DNA of 64,000 nt from Squalus acanthias. Taxonomy: Eukaryota. The stretch spans positions 35,838,001 through 35,902,000 of the forward strand of contig CM059432.1 in assembly GCA_030390025.1 (NCBI GenBank), given 5' to 3'. Positions 36,417 to 47,462 of the stretch are shown here, one piece after another. The first letter of the stretch is position 1; every line of letters starts with the position of its first letter. Position numbers and translations under genes: made by a program. The notes beneath the pieces were generated by a model that was not told the DNA's origin, did not search any database, and was given only the letters and a program-made list of their open reading frames with translations.

Positions 36417-39400
36417 GGGTACAGTAGCATAATGGTTATGTTGCTCAACTAGTAATCCAAAGGCCTGGACTGATAATCCGCGAGGTGTGAGTTCAAATCC
36501 CACCACGGCAGCTCTGGAATTTAATATCAGTTAATTAAATAAATCTGGAATATAATGCTCGTGTCAGGAATAGCTACCGGATTGTTGTAAAAATCCATCT
36601 GGTTCACTAATGCCCTTTAGGGAAGGATGTCTGCCGTCCTTACCTGGTCTGGCCTATCTGTGACTCCAGACCCACAGCAATCTGGTTGACTTTTAACTGC
36701 CCTCTGAAATGGCCGAGCAAGCCACTCAGTTGTAACAAACCGCTACAAGAAACCATAATAAGAATAAAACCGGACGGACCACCCGGCATCGACCTCGGCA
36801 CCGGCTTCAGACACAACAACGGCACACCCAGCCCAGTTGACCCTGCAAAGTCCTCCTCACTAACATCTGGGGACTTGTGCCAAAATTGGGAGAGCTGTCC
36901 CACAGACTAGCAATTCCATGTCTGAATCCCTCCAATCAGGTTTCCGCCCTTGCCACAGTACCGAAACGGCTCTCATCAAAGTCACAAATGACATCCTTTG
37001 TGACTGTGACAAAGGTAAGCTATTCCTCCTTGTCCTTCTTGAGTTGTCTGCAGCCTTTGACACGGTTGACCACTCCATCCTTCTCCGACGCCTCTCCACC
37101 GTCGTCCAGCTGGGTGGGACTGCACTCGCCTGGTTCCATTCTTATCTATCTAATCGTAACCAGAGAATCACCTGCAACGGCTTCTCTTCCCACTCCCGCA
37201 TCGTTACCTCTGGTGTCCCCCAAGGATCTATCCTTGGCCCCCTCCTATTTCTCATCTACATGTTGCCCCTTGGCGACATCATCCGAAAACACAGCGTCAG
37301 TTTCCACATGTACGCTGACGACACCCAGCTCTACCTCACTACTTCTTCTCTCGACCCCTCCACGGTGTCTAAATTGTCAGACTGCTTGTCCGACATACAG
37401 TTCTGGATGAGCAAATATTTTCTCCAATTAAATATTGGGAAGACTGAAGTCATTGTTTTTGGTCCCCGCCACAAACTCCGTTCCCTAGCCACTGACTCCA
37501 TCCCTCTCCCTAACATCTGTCTGAGGCTGAACCACACTGTTCGCAACCTTGGTGTCATATTTGACCCTGAAATGAGATTCTGACCACATATCCGCAGCAT
37601 AACAAAGACCGCCTACATCGCCCATCTCCGCCCTTGCCTCAGCTCATCCGCTGTTGAAACCCTCATCCATGCCTTTGTTACCTCCAGACTTGACTATTCC
37701 AACACACTCCTGGCTGGCCTCCCATATTTCACCCTACGTAAACTTGAAGTCATCCAAAACTCGGCTGCCCGTGTCTAACTCGCACCAAGTCCCGTTCGCC
37801 CATCACCCCTGTGCTCGCTGACCTACATTGGCTCCCGGTTAAGCAGCACCTCGATTTCAAAATTCTGATCCTTGTTTTCAAATCCCTCCATGGCCTCGCC
37901 CCTTCCTATCTCTGTAATCTCCTTCAGCCCCACAACGCCCCCCACCCCCCAAGATATCTGCGCTCCTCTAATTCTGCCCTCTGGAGCATCCCTGATTATA
38001 ATCGCTCAACCTTTGGTGGCCGTGCCTTCTGTTGCCTAGGCCCTAAGCTCTGGAATTCCCTGCCTAATTCCCTACCTCTCTTTCCTCCTTTAAGACGCTC
38101 CTTAAAACCTACCTCTTTGACCAAGCTTTTTGGTCACCTGCCCTAATTTATCCTTATGTGGATCGGTGTCAAATTTTTTGTCTTAAAATACTCCTGTGCA
38201 GCGCCTTGGGATGTTTTACTACGTTAAAGGCGCTATATAAATACAAGTTGTTGTTGAAGCAACAGCCTGACATAGTCATACTAACAGAATCATACCTTTC
38301 TGCCAATGTCCCAGACTCCTCTATCACCATCCCTGGGTACGTCCTGCCCCACAAGCAGGACAGACCCGCCAGAGGTGGCGGCACAATGGTATATAGTCGG
38401 GAGGGAGTGGCCCTGGGAGTCCTCAACATTGACTCAGGACCTGATGAGGTCTCATGGCATCAGATCAAGCATGGGCAAGGAAACCTCCTGCTGATTACCA
38501 CCTACCGCCCTCCCTCAGCTGATGAATCAGTACTCCTTCATGTTGAACACCACTTGGAAGAAGCACTGAGGGTAGCAAGGGCACAGAATGTACTCTGGTT
38601 GGGGGATTTCAAAGTCCATCACCAAGAGTGGCTCGGTAGCACCACTACTGACCAAGCTGGCCGAGTCCTGAAGGACATAACTGCCAGTCTGGGCCTGCAG
38701 CAAGTGGTGAGAGAACCAACACGAGGGGGAAAAACCTACTTGACCTCGTCCTCACCAATCTACCTGTCGCAGATGCATCTGTCCAGGACAGTATTGGTAG
38801 CAGTGACCACCACACAGTCCTTGTGGAGACGAAGTCCCGTCTTCACACTGAGGACACCCTCCATCGTGTTGTGTGGCACTACCACCGTGCTAAATGGGAT
38901 AGATTCAGAACAGATCTAGCAGCTCAAAACTGAGCATCCATGAGGCGCTGTATCCCACCACAGTCTGTAACCTCAGAGCCCGGCACATCCTTCACTCTAC
39001 CATTAATATCAAGCCAAGTGACCACCCTGGTTCAATGAGGAGTGTAGAAGAGCATGCCAGGCGTACCTAAAAATGAGGTGCCAACCTGGGGAAGCTGCAA
39101 CACAGGACTACATGCATGCTAAACAACGGAAGCAGCATGCTATAAACAGAGCTAAGCAATCCCTCAACCAACGGATCAGATCAAAACTCTGCAGTTCTGC
39201 CACATCCAGTCGTGAATGGTGCTGGACCATTAAACAACTGACGGGAGGAGGAAGCTCCATGAACATCCCCATCCTCAATGATGGCGGGACCCAGCACGCG
39301 AGTAAAAAAAACAAGGCTGAAGCGTTTGCAACCATCTTCAGCCAGAAGTGCCGAGTGGATGATCCATATTGGCCTCCTCTTGAGGTCCCCATCATCACAG

Positions 39401-40480
39401 AAGCCAGTCTTCAGCTAATTCGACTCACTCCACGTGATATCAAGAAATGGCTGAGCGCACTGGATACACCAAAGGCTACGGGCTCTGACAATATCCCGGC
39501 TGTTGTGCTGAAGACTTGTGCTCCAGAACTAGCTGCGCCTCTAGCCAAGCTGTTCCAGTACAGATACAACACTGGCATCTGCCCGACAATGTGGAAAACT
39601 GCCCAGGTATGTCTTGTCATATGTTCCGACAGGACCACTCGGCTGCAGACCTCATTACAGCTTTGGTCCAAACATGGAGAAAAGATCTGAATTCCAGAGG
39701 TGAGGTGAGAGTGACTGCCCTTGACATCAAGGCAGCATTTGACCGAGTGTGGCATCAAGGAGCCCTAGTAAAATTAAAGTCAATGGGAATCAGGGGAAGG
39801 ACTCTCCACTGGCTGGAGTCATACCTAGCACAAAGGAAGATGGTTGTGGTTGTTGGAGCTCAATCATTTCAGCCCCAGAACATCGCTGCAGGACTTCCTC
39901 AGGGCAGTGTCCTAGGCCTAACCATCTTCAGCTGCTTCATAAATGACCTTCCCTCCATCATAATGTCAGAAGTGGGGATGTTCGCTGATGATTGCACAGT
40001 GTCCTCAGATAATGAAGCAGTCCATGCCCGAATACAGCAAGACCTGGATGACATTCAGGCTTGGGCTGATAAGTGGCAAGTAACATTCGTGCCACACAAG
40101 TGCCAGGCAATGACTATATCCAACAAGCGAAAGTCTAACCACCGCACCTTGACATTACCATCGCTGAATCCCCCCACCATCAACATCCTGGGGGTCACCA
40201 TTGACCAGAAACTTAACTGGACCAGCCACATTAATACTGTGGCAACAAGAGCAGGTCAGAGGCTGGGTATTCTGTGGCGAGTGTCTCACCTCCTGACTCC
40301 CCAAAGCCTTTCCACCATCTACAAGGCACAAGTAAGGGGTGTGATGGAATACTTGCCTGGATGAGTGCAGCTCCAACAGCACTCAAGACGCTCGACACCA
40401 TCCAGGACAAAGCAGCCCGCTTGATTGGCACCCCATCCATCACCTTAAACATTCACTCCCTCCACCACCGGCACACAACT
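36417..40480 (+). mobile_element. RTEX-like LINE with intact 5' end (tRNA-like head), interrupted by L2 and 3'-truncated
   Basis: A box tagcataatgg and B box gagttcaaatcc, then LLTNIWGLVPKLGELSHRL | KQQPDIVILTESYL (APE start rejoined across the L2), then RT. Confidence 0.85.
36911..38254 (+). mobile_element. L2 LINE, 5'-truncated, nested in RTEX
   Basis: LQSGFRPCHSTETAL...SAAFDTVDH...GVPQGSILGP...YADDTQLY; (ttg)n tail. Confidence 0.92.
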
Positions 40481-42181
40481 GCAATATGATAATGACCTGT
40501 CTGTTTTAGTGATAGAATCATAGAGATTTACAGCACAGAAGGAGGCCATACGGCCCATCATGTCTGCACCAGTCGAAAAAAAGCTATCCAGCCTAATCCC
40601 ACTTTCCAGCTCTTGGTCCGTAGCCCTGTAGGTTACGGCACTTCATGTGCATATCCAAGTACTTTTTAAATGTGATGAGGGTTTGTACCTCTATCACCCT
40701 TTCAGGCAGTGAGATCCAGGCCCCCATCACCCTCTGGGTGAAGAAATTTCTCCTCAACCCTCCTCTAATCCTTCTACCAATTACTTTAAATCTATGCCCC
40801 CTGGTTATTGACCTCTCTGCTAAGGGAAATAAGTGCTTCCTATCCTCTTTATCTAGGCCCCTCATAATTTTATATACCTCAATTAAGTCTCCCCTCCCCT
40901 GTTCCAAAGAAAACAACCCCAGCCTATCCAATCTTTCCTCATAGCTAAAATTCTCCAGTCCTGACAACATCCTCGTAAATCTCCTCTGTACCCTCTCTAG
41001 TGCAATCACATCTTTCTTGTAATATGACCAGAACTGTACGCAGTACTCTAGCTGTGGTACAACTAGTGTTTTATACAGTTCTAGCATAACCTTCCTGCTC
41101 TTATATTGTGCCTCGGCTAATAAAGGAAAGTATCCCATATGCCTTCTTTAACCATCTTATCTACCTGTCCTGCTACCTTCAGGGATCTGTGGACATGCAC
41201 TCCAAGGTCCCTCTGTTCCTCTACATTTCTCAGTATCCTACCATTTATTGTGTATTCGCTTGCCTTGTTAGCCCTCCCCAAATGCATTACCTCACACTTC
41301 TCCAGATTGAATTCCGTTTGCCACTTTTCTGCCCACCTGACCAGTCCATTGATATCTTCCTGCAGTCTACAGCTATCTTCCTCATTATCAACCACACAGC
41401 CAATTTTTGTATCATCTGCAAACTTCTTAATCATGCCCCCTACACTGAAGTCTAAATCATTGATATATACCACAAAAAGCAAGGGACCCAGTACTGAGCC
41501 CTGCGGAACCCCACTGGAAACTGCCTTTCAGTCACAAAAACACCTGTCGACCATTACCCTTTGCTTCCTGCCACTGAGCCAATTTTGGATCCAACTTGCC
41601 ACTTTCCCTTGGATCCCATGGACTTTTACTTTTTTGACCAACCTGCCATGTGGGACCTTGTCAAAGGCCTTGCTAAAATCCATGTAGACTACATCAAATG
41701 CACTACCCTCATCGACCCTCCTCAAAAAATTCAATCAAGTTAGTCCGACACGACCTTCCCTTGACAAATCCATGCCGACTGTCCTTGATTAATCCGTGAC
41801 TTTCTAAATGAAGATTTATCCTGTCCCTCAGAACTTTTTCCAATAATTTTCTCACCACCGAGATTAGGCTGACTGGCCTGTAATTACTTGGTCTATTCCT
41901 TTCTCCCTTTTTAAACAATGGCACAATGTTAGCAGTCCTCCAGTCCTCTGGCACCACACCTGTAGCCAGAGAGGATTGAAAATGATGGTCAGAGCCTCCG
42001 CTATTGCCTTCCTTGCCTCTCTTAACAGCCTGAGATACATTTCATTGGTTGGTGAGTATTTCTCTTTTTTTTTTATACAAAACTTCAATTTTATTGTTTC
42101 TCGGGTATCTGTGGTGTAGCAGAGACTGCTGGCATAAATTAACTGAACAGTAAATAATACATTTTTAATTAATTACATAGA

Positions 42182-43138
42182 ATGGGAGAGCAGGTGATGT
42201 GTTACTGCTGCAATATGTGGGAGCTGGTGGACACCATTGATGTTCACGGTGAACACATTTGCAGTAAGTGTTGGCTGCTCGAGGAACTCCGGCTCCGTGT
42301 TGATGAGCTGGAGTCCGAGCTTCAAACACTGCGACACATCAGGGAGGGGGAGAGTTACCTGGACTCCGTGTTTCAGGAGGTAGTCACACCAATTAGAGTA
42401 ACTAATTCAGAAGTAGCCCGTGGTCAGGGACAGGAAGGTGTGACTACGAGTGAGGCAGGTACAGGGATCCAGGAGGTAGTGTTGGAGGAGCCGCAGCCCT
42501 TGCTCTTGTCCAACAGGTTCGAGGCTCTTACTCCCTGTGTGGATAGGAGCGGGGACTGCAGGGAGGATGAGCAACCTGGCCACAGCACCGTGGTAAGGGG
42601 GGCCATTCAAGTGGGGGGAGTAAAAAGAAATGTTGTAGTGGTAGGGGATAGTATCATTAAGGGGATAGATAGGGTTCTTTGCAGCCAAGAGCGAGAGTCC
42701 CGAAGGCTGTGTTGCCTGCCCGGTGCCAGGGTTAAGGACATCTCCTCTGGGCTGGAGAGAAACTTGGAGTGGGAGGGGGAGGATCCAGTTGTCGTGGTCC
42801 ATGTTGGTACCAATGACATAGATAGGACAAGGAAAGAGGTTCTGCTGAGGGAGTTTGAGCAGCTAGGGGCCAAATTAAAAAGCAGAACCTCGAGGGTAAT
42901 AATCTCTGGATTACTACCTGAGCCACGAGCAAATTTGGCTAGGGTAAATAAAATCAGGGAGTTGAATGCGTGGCTCAAAGACTGGTGTGGGAAAAATGGG
43001 TTTTGCTTCTTGGGACACTGGCACCAGTACTGGGGCAGGAGAGAGCTGTTCCGTTGGGACGGACTTCACTTGGCCAGTGCTGGGACTAGTGTCCTGGCGA
43101 ATCGAATAACTAGGGCTGTGGAGAGGGCTTTAAACTAA
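42182..43138 (+). CDS. CR1 ORF1p (Cys-rich finger, leucine zipper, SGNH esterase), 318 aa
   Basis: CYCC...HICSKC, LEELRLRVDELESELQTL, VVGDSI, LPGARV, VHVGTND and DGLHL motifs. Confidence 0.93.
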   Translation: MGEQVMCYCCNMWELVDTIDVHGEHICSKCWLLEELRLRVDELESELQTLRHIREGESYLDSVFQEVVTPIRVTNSEVARGQGQEGVTTSEAGTGIQEVVLEEPQPLLLSNRFEALTPCVDRSGDCREDEQPGHSTVVRGAIQVGGVKRNVVVVGDSIIKGIDRVLCSQERESRRLCCLPGARVKDISSGLERNLEWEGEDPVVVVHVGTNDIDRTRKEVLLREFEQLGAKLKSRTSRVIISGLLPEPRANLARVNKIRELNAWLKDWCGKNGFCFLGHWHQYWGRRELFRWDGLHLASAGTSVLANRITRAVERALN

Positions 43139-43176
43139 TTAGTGGGGGGGAGGATTCAAGAGAGCAAAAAATAAAA

Positions 43177-46128
43177 ATGACAACAGAGAGGGTCATAGAC
43201 ATAGGTAGCAGTAGGGGAATCACAAATCAGAGCGTGGCAGGAAGGGACAGAGTGTGTGGAGTAAAAGGTAAACTGGTAAAAAGTGAAAAAACAGGAACTA
43301 AGTGCCACAAAGCATATTTGAAAGTTCTCTATCTGAATGCACGTAGCATTCGTAACAAAATAGACGAGTTAATGGCACAAATAACTACATATGGTTATGA
43401 TATTGTGGCCATTACAGAAACATGGCTGCAGGGTGACAATGCCTGGGAATTAAACATACCAGGTTATTTAACGATCAGGAAGGACAGGCAGGAAGGAAGG
43501 GGAGGTGGGGTGGCTATGTTAATAAAGGAAGGAATCACTGTAATACAGAGTAATGATATAGGGTCAAAAAATCATGATAATGAAACAGTTTGGGTGGAGA
43601 TAAGGAATAATAAGGGGAAAAAAACATTAGTGGGCGTAGTCTATAGGCCTCCGAACAGTTGCAACTCTATTGGACGGAGTATCAATCAGGAAATAGTTGA
43701 GGCATGTAATAAGGGAACATCTATAATTATGGGGGATTTTAACTATCATATTAATTGGACAAATCAAATGGGGCAGGGCTGCCTTGAGGATGAGTTCATT
43801 GAGTGTATTAGGGATGGGTTTCTTGAGCAGTATGTAACTGAACCGACCAGGGGGCAAGCAACCTTAGATCTGGTCCTGTGTAACGAGACAGGATTAATTA
43901 AAAATGTCCTAGTAAAGGATCCCCTTGGAATGAGTGACCATAACATGGTTGAATTCCATATTCAATTAGAGGGTGAGAAGGTTGGATCTCAAACAAGCGT
44001 GCTAAGCTTGAATAAAGGAGACTATGAAGGTATGCGAGCGGAATTGAGTAGAGTGGATTGGGAAAATAGATTAAAGGGTAAGACGACACATGATCAGTGG
44101 TGTACATTCAAGGAGTTATTTTACAACTTCCAAAAAAAATATATTCCACTGAAAAGAAAAGGGTGTAAAAGAAAGGACAGTCATCCGTGGCTAAGTAAAG
44201 AAATTAAGGATAGTATTCGACTAAAAACAAGGGCATATAAGGTAGCGAAATCTAGTGGGAGGACAGAGGATTGGGAAAACTTTAAAAGGCAGCAAAAAAT
44301 AACAAAAAGATTGATTAAGAAAGGGAAGATAGATTATGAAAGTAAATTAGCAAAAAATATAAAAACAGATAGTAAGAGTTTTTATAGTTATATAAAAAGA
44401 AAAAGGGTGGCTAAAGTAAATGTTGGTCCCTTAGAGGATGAGACCGGGAAATTAATGGTGGGAAATATGGAGATGGCAAAAACACTGAATGAATATTTTG
44501 TATCAGTCTTTACAGTAGAGGACACTAAGAATATCCCAACACTGGACAAACAGGGGGCTATAGGGGGAGAGGAGCTAAACACGATCAAAATCACTAAGGA
44601 AGTGGTACTCGGTAAAATAATGGGACTCAAGGCGGATAAATCACCTGGACCTGATGGCTTACATCCTAGAGTCTTGAAGGAAGTGGCGGTAGGGATTGTA
44701 GATGCATTGGTAATAATTTTTCAAAACTCCCTGGATTCCGCTAAGGTCCCGGCAGACTGGAAAACTGCTAATGTAACACCCTTATTTAAAAAGGGCAGTA
44801 GACAGAAGGCTGGTAACTATAGACCGGTTAGCCTAACATCTGTGGTAGGTAAAATTTTGGAGTCCATTATTAAGGAAACAGTAACAAGACATTTGGATAA
44901 TCATAATTTAATAGGACAAAGTCAGCATGGTTTTACAAAGGGGAAGTCATGTTTGACAAATTTGCTGGAGTTCTTTGAGGAAGTAACATATAGAGTGGAT
45001 AAAGGGGAACCAGTGGACGTAGTGTATTTAGACTTCCAAAAGGCATTTGACAAGGTGCCACACAAAAGATTATTGCTTAAGGTAAAAAATCACGGGATTG
45101 GGGGTAATATTCTGGCATGGATAGAGGATTGGCTATCTAACAGAAAGCAAAGAGTTGGGATAAATGGTTCATTCTCAGACTGGCAATCAGTAACTAGTGG
45201 TGTTCCACAGGGGTCAGTGCTGGGTCCCCAACTCTTCACAATCTATATTAACGATTTGGAGGAAGGGACCAAGTGTAACATATCAAAATTTGCAGATGAT
45301 ACAAAGATGGGAGGGAAAGTAGTGAGTGAGGAGGACATAAAAAACCTGCAAGGGGACATAGACAGGCTAAGTAAGTGGGCAGAGATTTGGCAGATGGAAT
45401 ACAGCACTGGAAAGTGTGAGGTGATGCACTTTGGCAGGAAAAATCCTAGAGCAATTTATTATCTTAATGGCAAGAAACTGGAGAGTACTGAAGTGCAAAG
45501 GGATCTGGGGGTCCTGGTGCACGAAACTCAAAAGGTTAGTATGCAGGTGCAGCAAGTGATTAAGAAGGCAAATGGAATGTTGGCTTTCATTGCTAGGGGG
45601 ATAGAATATAAAAATAGGGAGGTATTGCTTCAGTTGTACAAGGTATTGGTGAGACCGCACCTGGAATACTGCATACAGTTTTGGTGTCCTTACTTAAGGA
45701 AAGACATCCTTGCTCTCGAGGCAGTGCAAAAAAGGTTCACTCGGTTAATCCCGGAGATGAGGGGGTGGTCATATGAGGAGAGGTTGGGTAGATTGGGACT
45801 CTACTCATTGGAGTTCAGAAGAATGAGAGGCGATCTTATTGAAACATATAAGATTGTGAAGGGGTTGGATCGGGTGGATGCGGGGAGGATGTTCCCGATG
45901 ACGGGTGAGACGAGAACTCGGGGACATAGTCTTAGAATAAGGGGCTGCTCTTTCAAAACTGAGATGAGGAGGAACTACTTCACTCAGAGGGTGGTAGGTC
46001 CATGGAATATGCTGCCACAAAAAGCTGTAGAAGCTACAACATTAATTAAATTTAAAACAGAAATAGACAGTTTCCTAGAAGTAAAGGGCATTAAGGGTTA
46101 CGGGGAGCGGGCAGGAATTTGGACATGA
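43177..46128 (+). CDS. CR1 ORF2p (AP endonuclease + reverse transcriptase), 983 aa
   Basis: Uninterrupted [49 protein letters not shown]. Confidence 0.97.
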   Translation: MTTERVIDIGSSRGITNQSVAGRDRVCGVKGKLVKSEKTGTKCHKAYLKVLYLNARSIRNKIDELMAQITTYGYDIVAITETWLQGDNAWELNIPGYLTIRKDRQEGRGGGVAMLIKEGITVIQSNDIGSKNHDNETVWVEIRNNKGKKTLVGVVYRPPNSCNSIGRSINQEIVEACNKGTSIIMGDFNYHINWTNQMGQGCLEDEFIECIRDGFLEQYVTEPTRGQATLDLVLCNETGLIKNVLVKDPLGMSDHNMVEFHIQLEGEKVGSQTSVLSLNKGDYEGMRAELSRVDWENRLKGKTTHDQWCTFKELFYNFQKKYIPLKRKGCKRKDSHPWLSKEIKDSIRLKTRAYKVAKSSGRTEDWENFKRQQKITKRLIKKGKIDYESKLAKNIKTDSKSFYSYIKRKRVAKVNVGPLEDETGKLMVGNMEMAKTLNEYFVSVFTVEDTKNIPTLDKQGAIGGEELNTIKITKEVVLGKIMGLKADKSPGPDGLHPRVLKEVAVGIVDALVIIFQNSLDSAKVPADWKTANVTPLFKKGSRQKAGNYRPVSLTSVVGKILESIIKETVTRHLDNHNLIGQSQHGFTKGKSCLTNLLEFFEEVTYRVDKGEPVDVVYLDFQKAFDKVPHKRLLLKVKNHGIGGNILAWIEDWLSNRKQRVGINGSFSDWQSVTSGVPQGSVLGPQLFTIYINDLEEGTKCNISKFADDTKMGGKVVSEEDIKNLQGDIDRLSKWAEIWQMEYSTGKCEVMHFGRKNPRAIYYLNGKKLESTEVQRDLGVLVHETQKVSMQVQQVIKKANGMLAFIARGIEYKNREVLLQLYKVLVRPHLEYCIQFWCPYLRKDILALEAVQKRFTRLIPEMRGWSYEERLGRLGLYSLEFRRMRGDLIETYKIVKGLDRVDAGRMFPMTGETRTRGHSLRIRGCSFKTEMRRNYFTQRVVGPWNMLPQKAVEATTLIKFKTEIDSFLEVKGIKGYGERAGIWT

Positions 46129-47390
46129 GTCTAGGTTCGGATCGGTCATGGCCCTGTGGGTAGTGGAGCGGGCCCAGGGACTGTGTAGCCTGATTCTGCT
46201 CCTATTTCGTGTGTGCAATTCTGTTAGATGCAGGAGATGTTTCTGTGATAGATAGTAGATTGGCGGTTAGGATCAGATCAGCCATGATCTTATTGAATGG
46301 CGGAGCAGGCTCGATGGGCCGATTGGCCTACTCCTGCTCCTATTTCTTATGTTCTTTCTTATGTTCATCCGGGCCTGGCGATTTATCTACTTTCAAAGAT
46401 GCTAAACCTCTTAATATTTAATTTCTCTCTATGTTTATCCCATCTAATACTTCACACTCCTCCTCCTCAACTACAACGTCTGCATCGTCCCTCTCTTCTG
46501 TGAAGACAGCCGCAAAGTATTCATTAAAAACCATACCCACGTCTTCCGCCTCCACACGTAGGTTACCCTTTTGGTCTCAAATAGCCCCTTATTCTTTCCT
46601 TAGTTATTCTCTTGCTCTTTATGTATTTATAAAACATTTTCCTTGATTTTACTTACCAATATTTTTTCATGCCCTCTCTTTGCTTTCCTAATTTATTTTT
46701 TAATTTCACCCCTGCACTTTCTATACTCCTCTAGGCTTTCTGTATGTTGGTTCAAGGATAAATGTTGGCCAGGACACCAGGGACACCTTGCTCTTCTTCA
46801 AAATAGTGACATGGGATCTTTTACTTCCACCTGAGAGGACTGACAAGGCCTCGGTTTAATGTCTCATCCAAAATATGGCACCACCAACAGTGCAAAAACC
46901 CCTCAGTACTGCACTGCAGTGTCAGCCTAGACTTTGTGCTCAAGTCACTGGAGTGGGGCTTGAACCCACAACCTTCTGACTCAGACGTGAGAGTGCTACC
47001 ACTGAGCCACAGCTGACTTACCCATACCTTATTATATATTGCCATTCTTTCATCATCACTGGGTCAATATCCTGGAATCCCCAACCCAACACCATCACCA
47101 AAAGGACTGCAGAGTTGGAATGAGAAGGTCCAATACCACCATCTCAGGGCAACTGCGGATTTGCAATAAATGCAGCCTTGCCGTATCCCAAGAACAATTT
47201 TTTTTAAGTCACTGCCTTCAGGAGAGATGAGAAAATTAGGAGCAGGGAAAAAGACACTCCTGATTGATCTGGAAGAATGCAACAAAAGATGTTAAAATGC
47301 AGGTCCTGTCAGTTAGTTTAGCTGGTCCTTGAAGTTAGGTTGTAATTGGCCCAAAGAATTTCTTCATCTCAACTGATCTTACTTATCTGA

Positions 47391-47399
47391 AAAGGATAC
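47391..47399 (-). promoter_or_regulatory. U12-type 5' splice site GTATCCTTT
   Basis: aaaggatac on + is GTATCCTTT on -, directly after the tubulin-like exon at 47400-47462. Confidence 0.85.
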
Positions 47400-47462
47400 A
47401 ATATTCCCGGTGGATGAGTGTGAACAATGGAGGAGAGCATTATATCCCAGGATGCAGTTCCC
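47400..47462 (-). pseudogene. TUBZ1: Zeta-tubulin-like exon (63 bp, frameshifted)
   Basis: ttgttcttag|g gga act gca tcc tgg gat = (R)GTASWDIMLSSIVHT, then a frame break, then STGNI|gtatcctttt. A length of 63 is incompatible with the required 3n+1. Confidence 0.75.

Larger units (their letters stand above)
42046..46363 (+). mobile_element. Essentially full-length CR1 LINE with both ORFs intact
   Basis: 5-bp TSD ttcat (42041-42045, 46364-46368); 5' UTR, ORF1, ORF2, 3' UTR and (ttcttatg)-type tail. Confidence 0.95.
40512..46745 (-). mobile_element. Decayed CR1 LINE (40512-42045 and 46364-46745) split by a younger CR1
   Basis: Minus-strand RT ORFs at 40593-42045. The sequence resumes at 46364 (KSPGPDE|M junction 'gatacatttcat|ccgggcctgg'). 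Confidence 0.88.
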
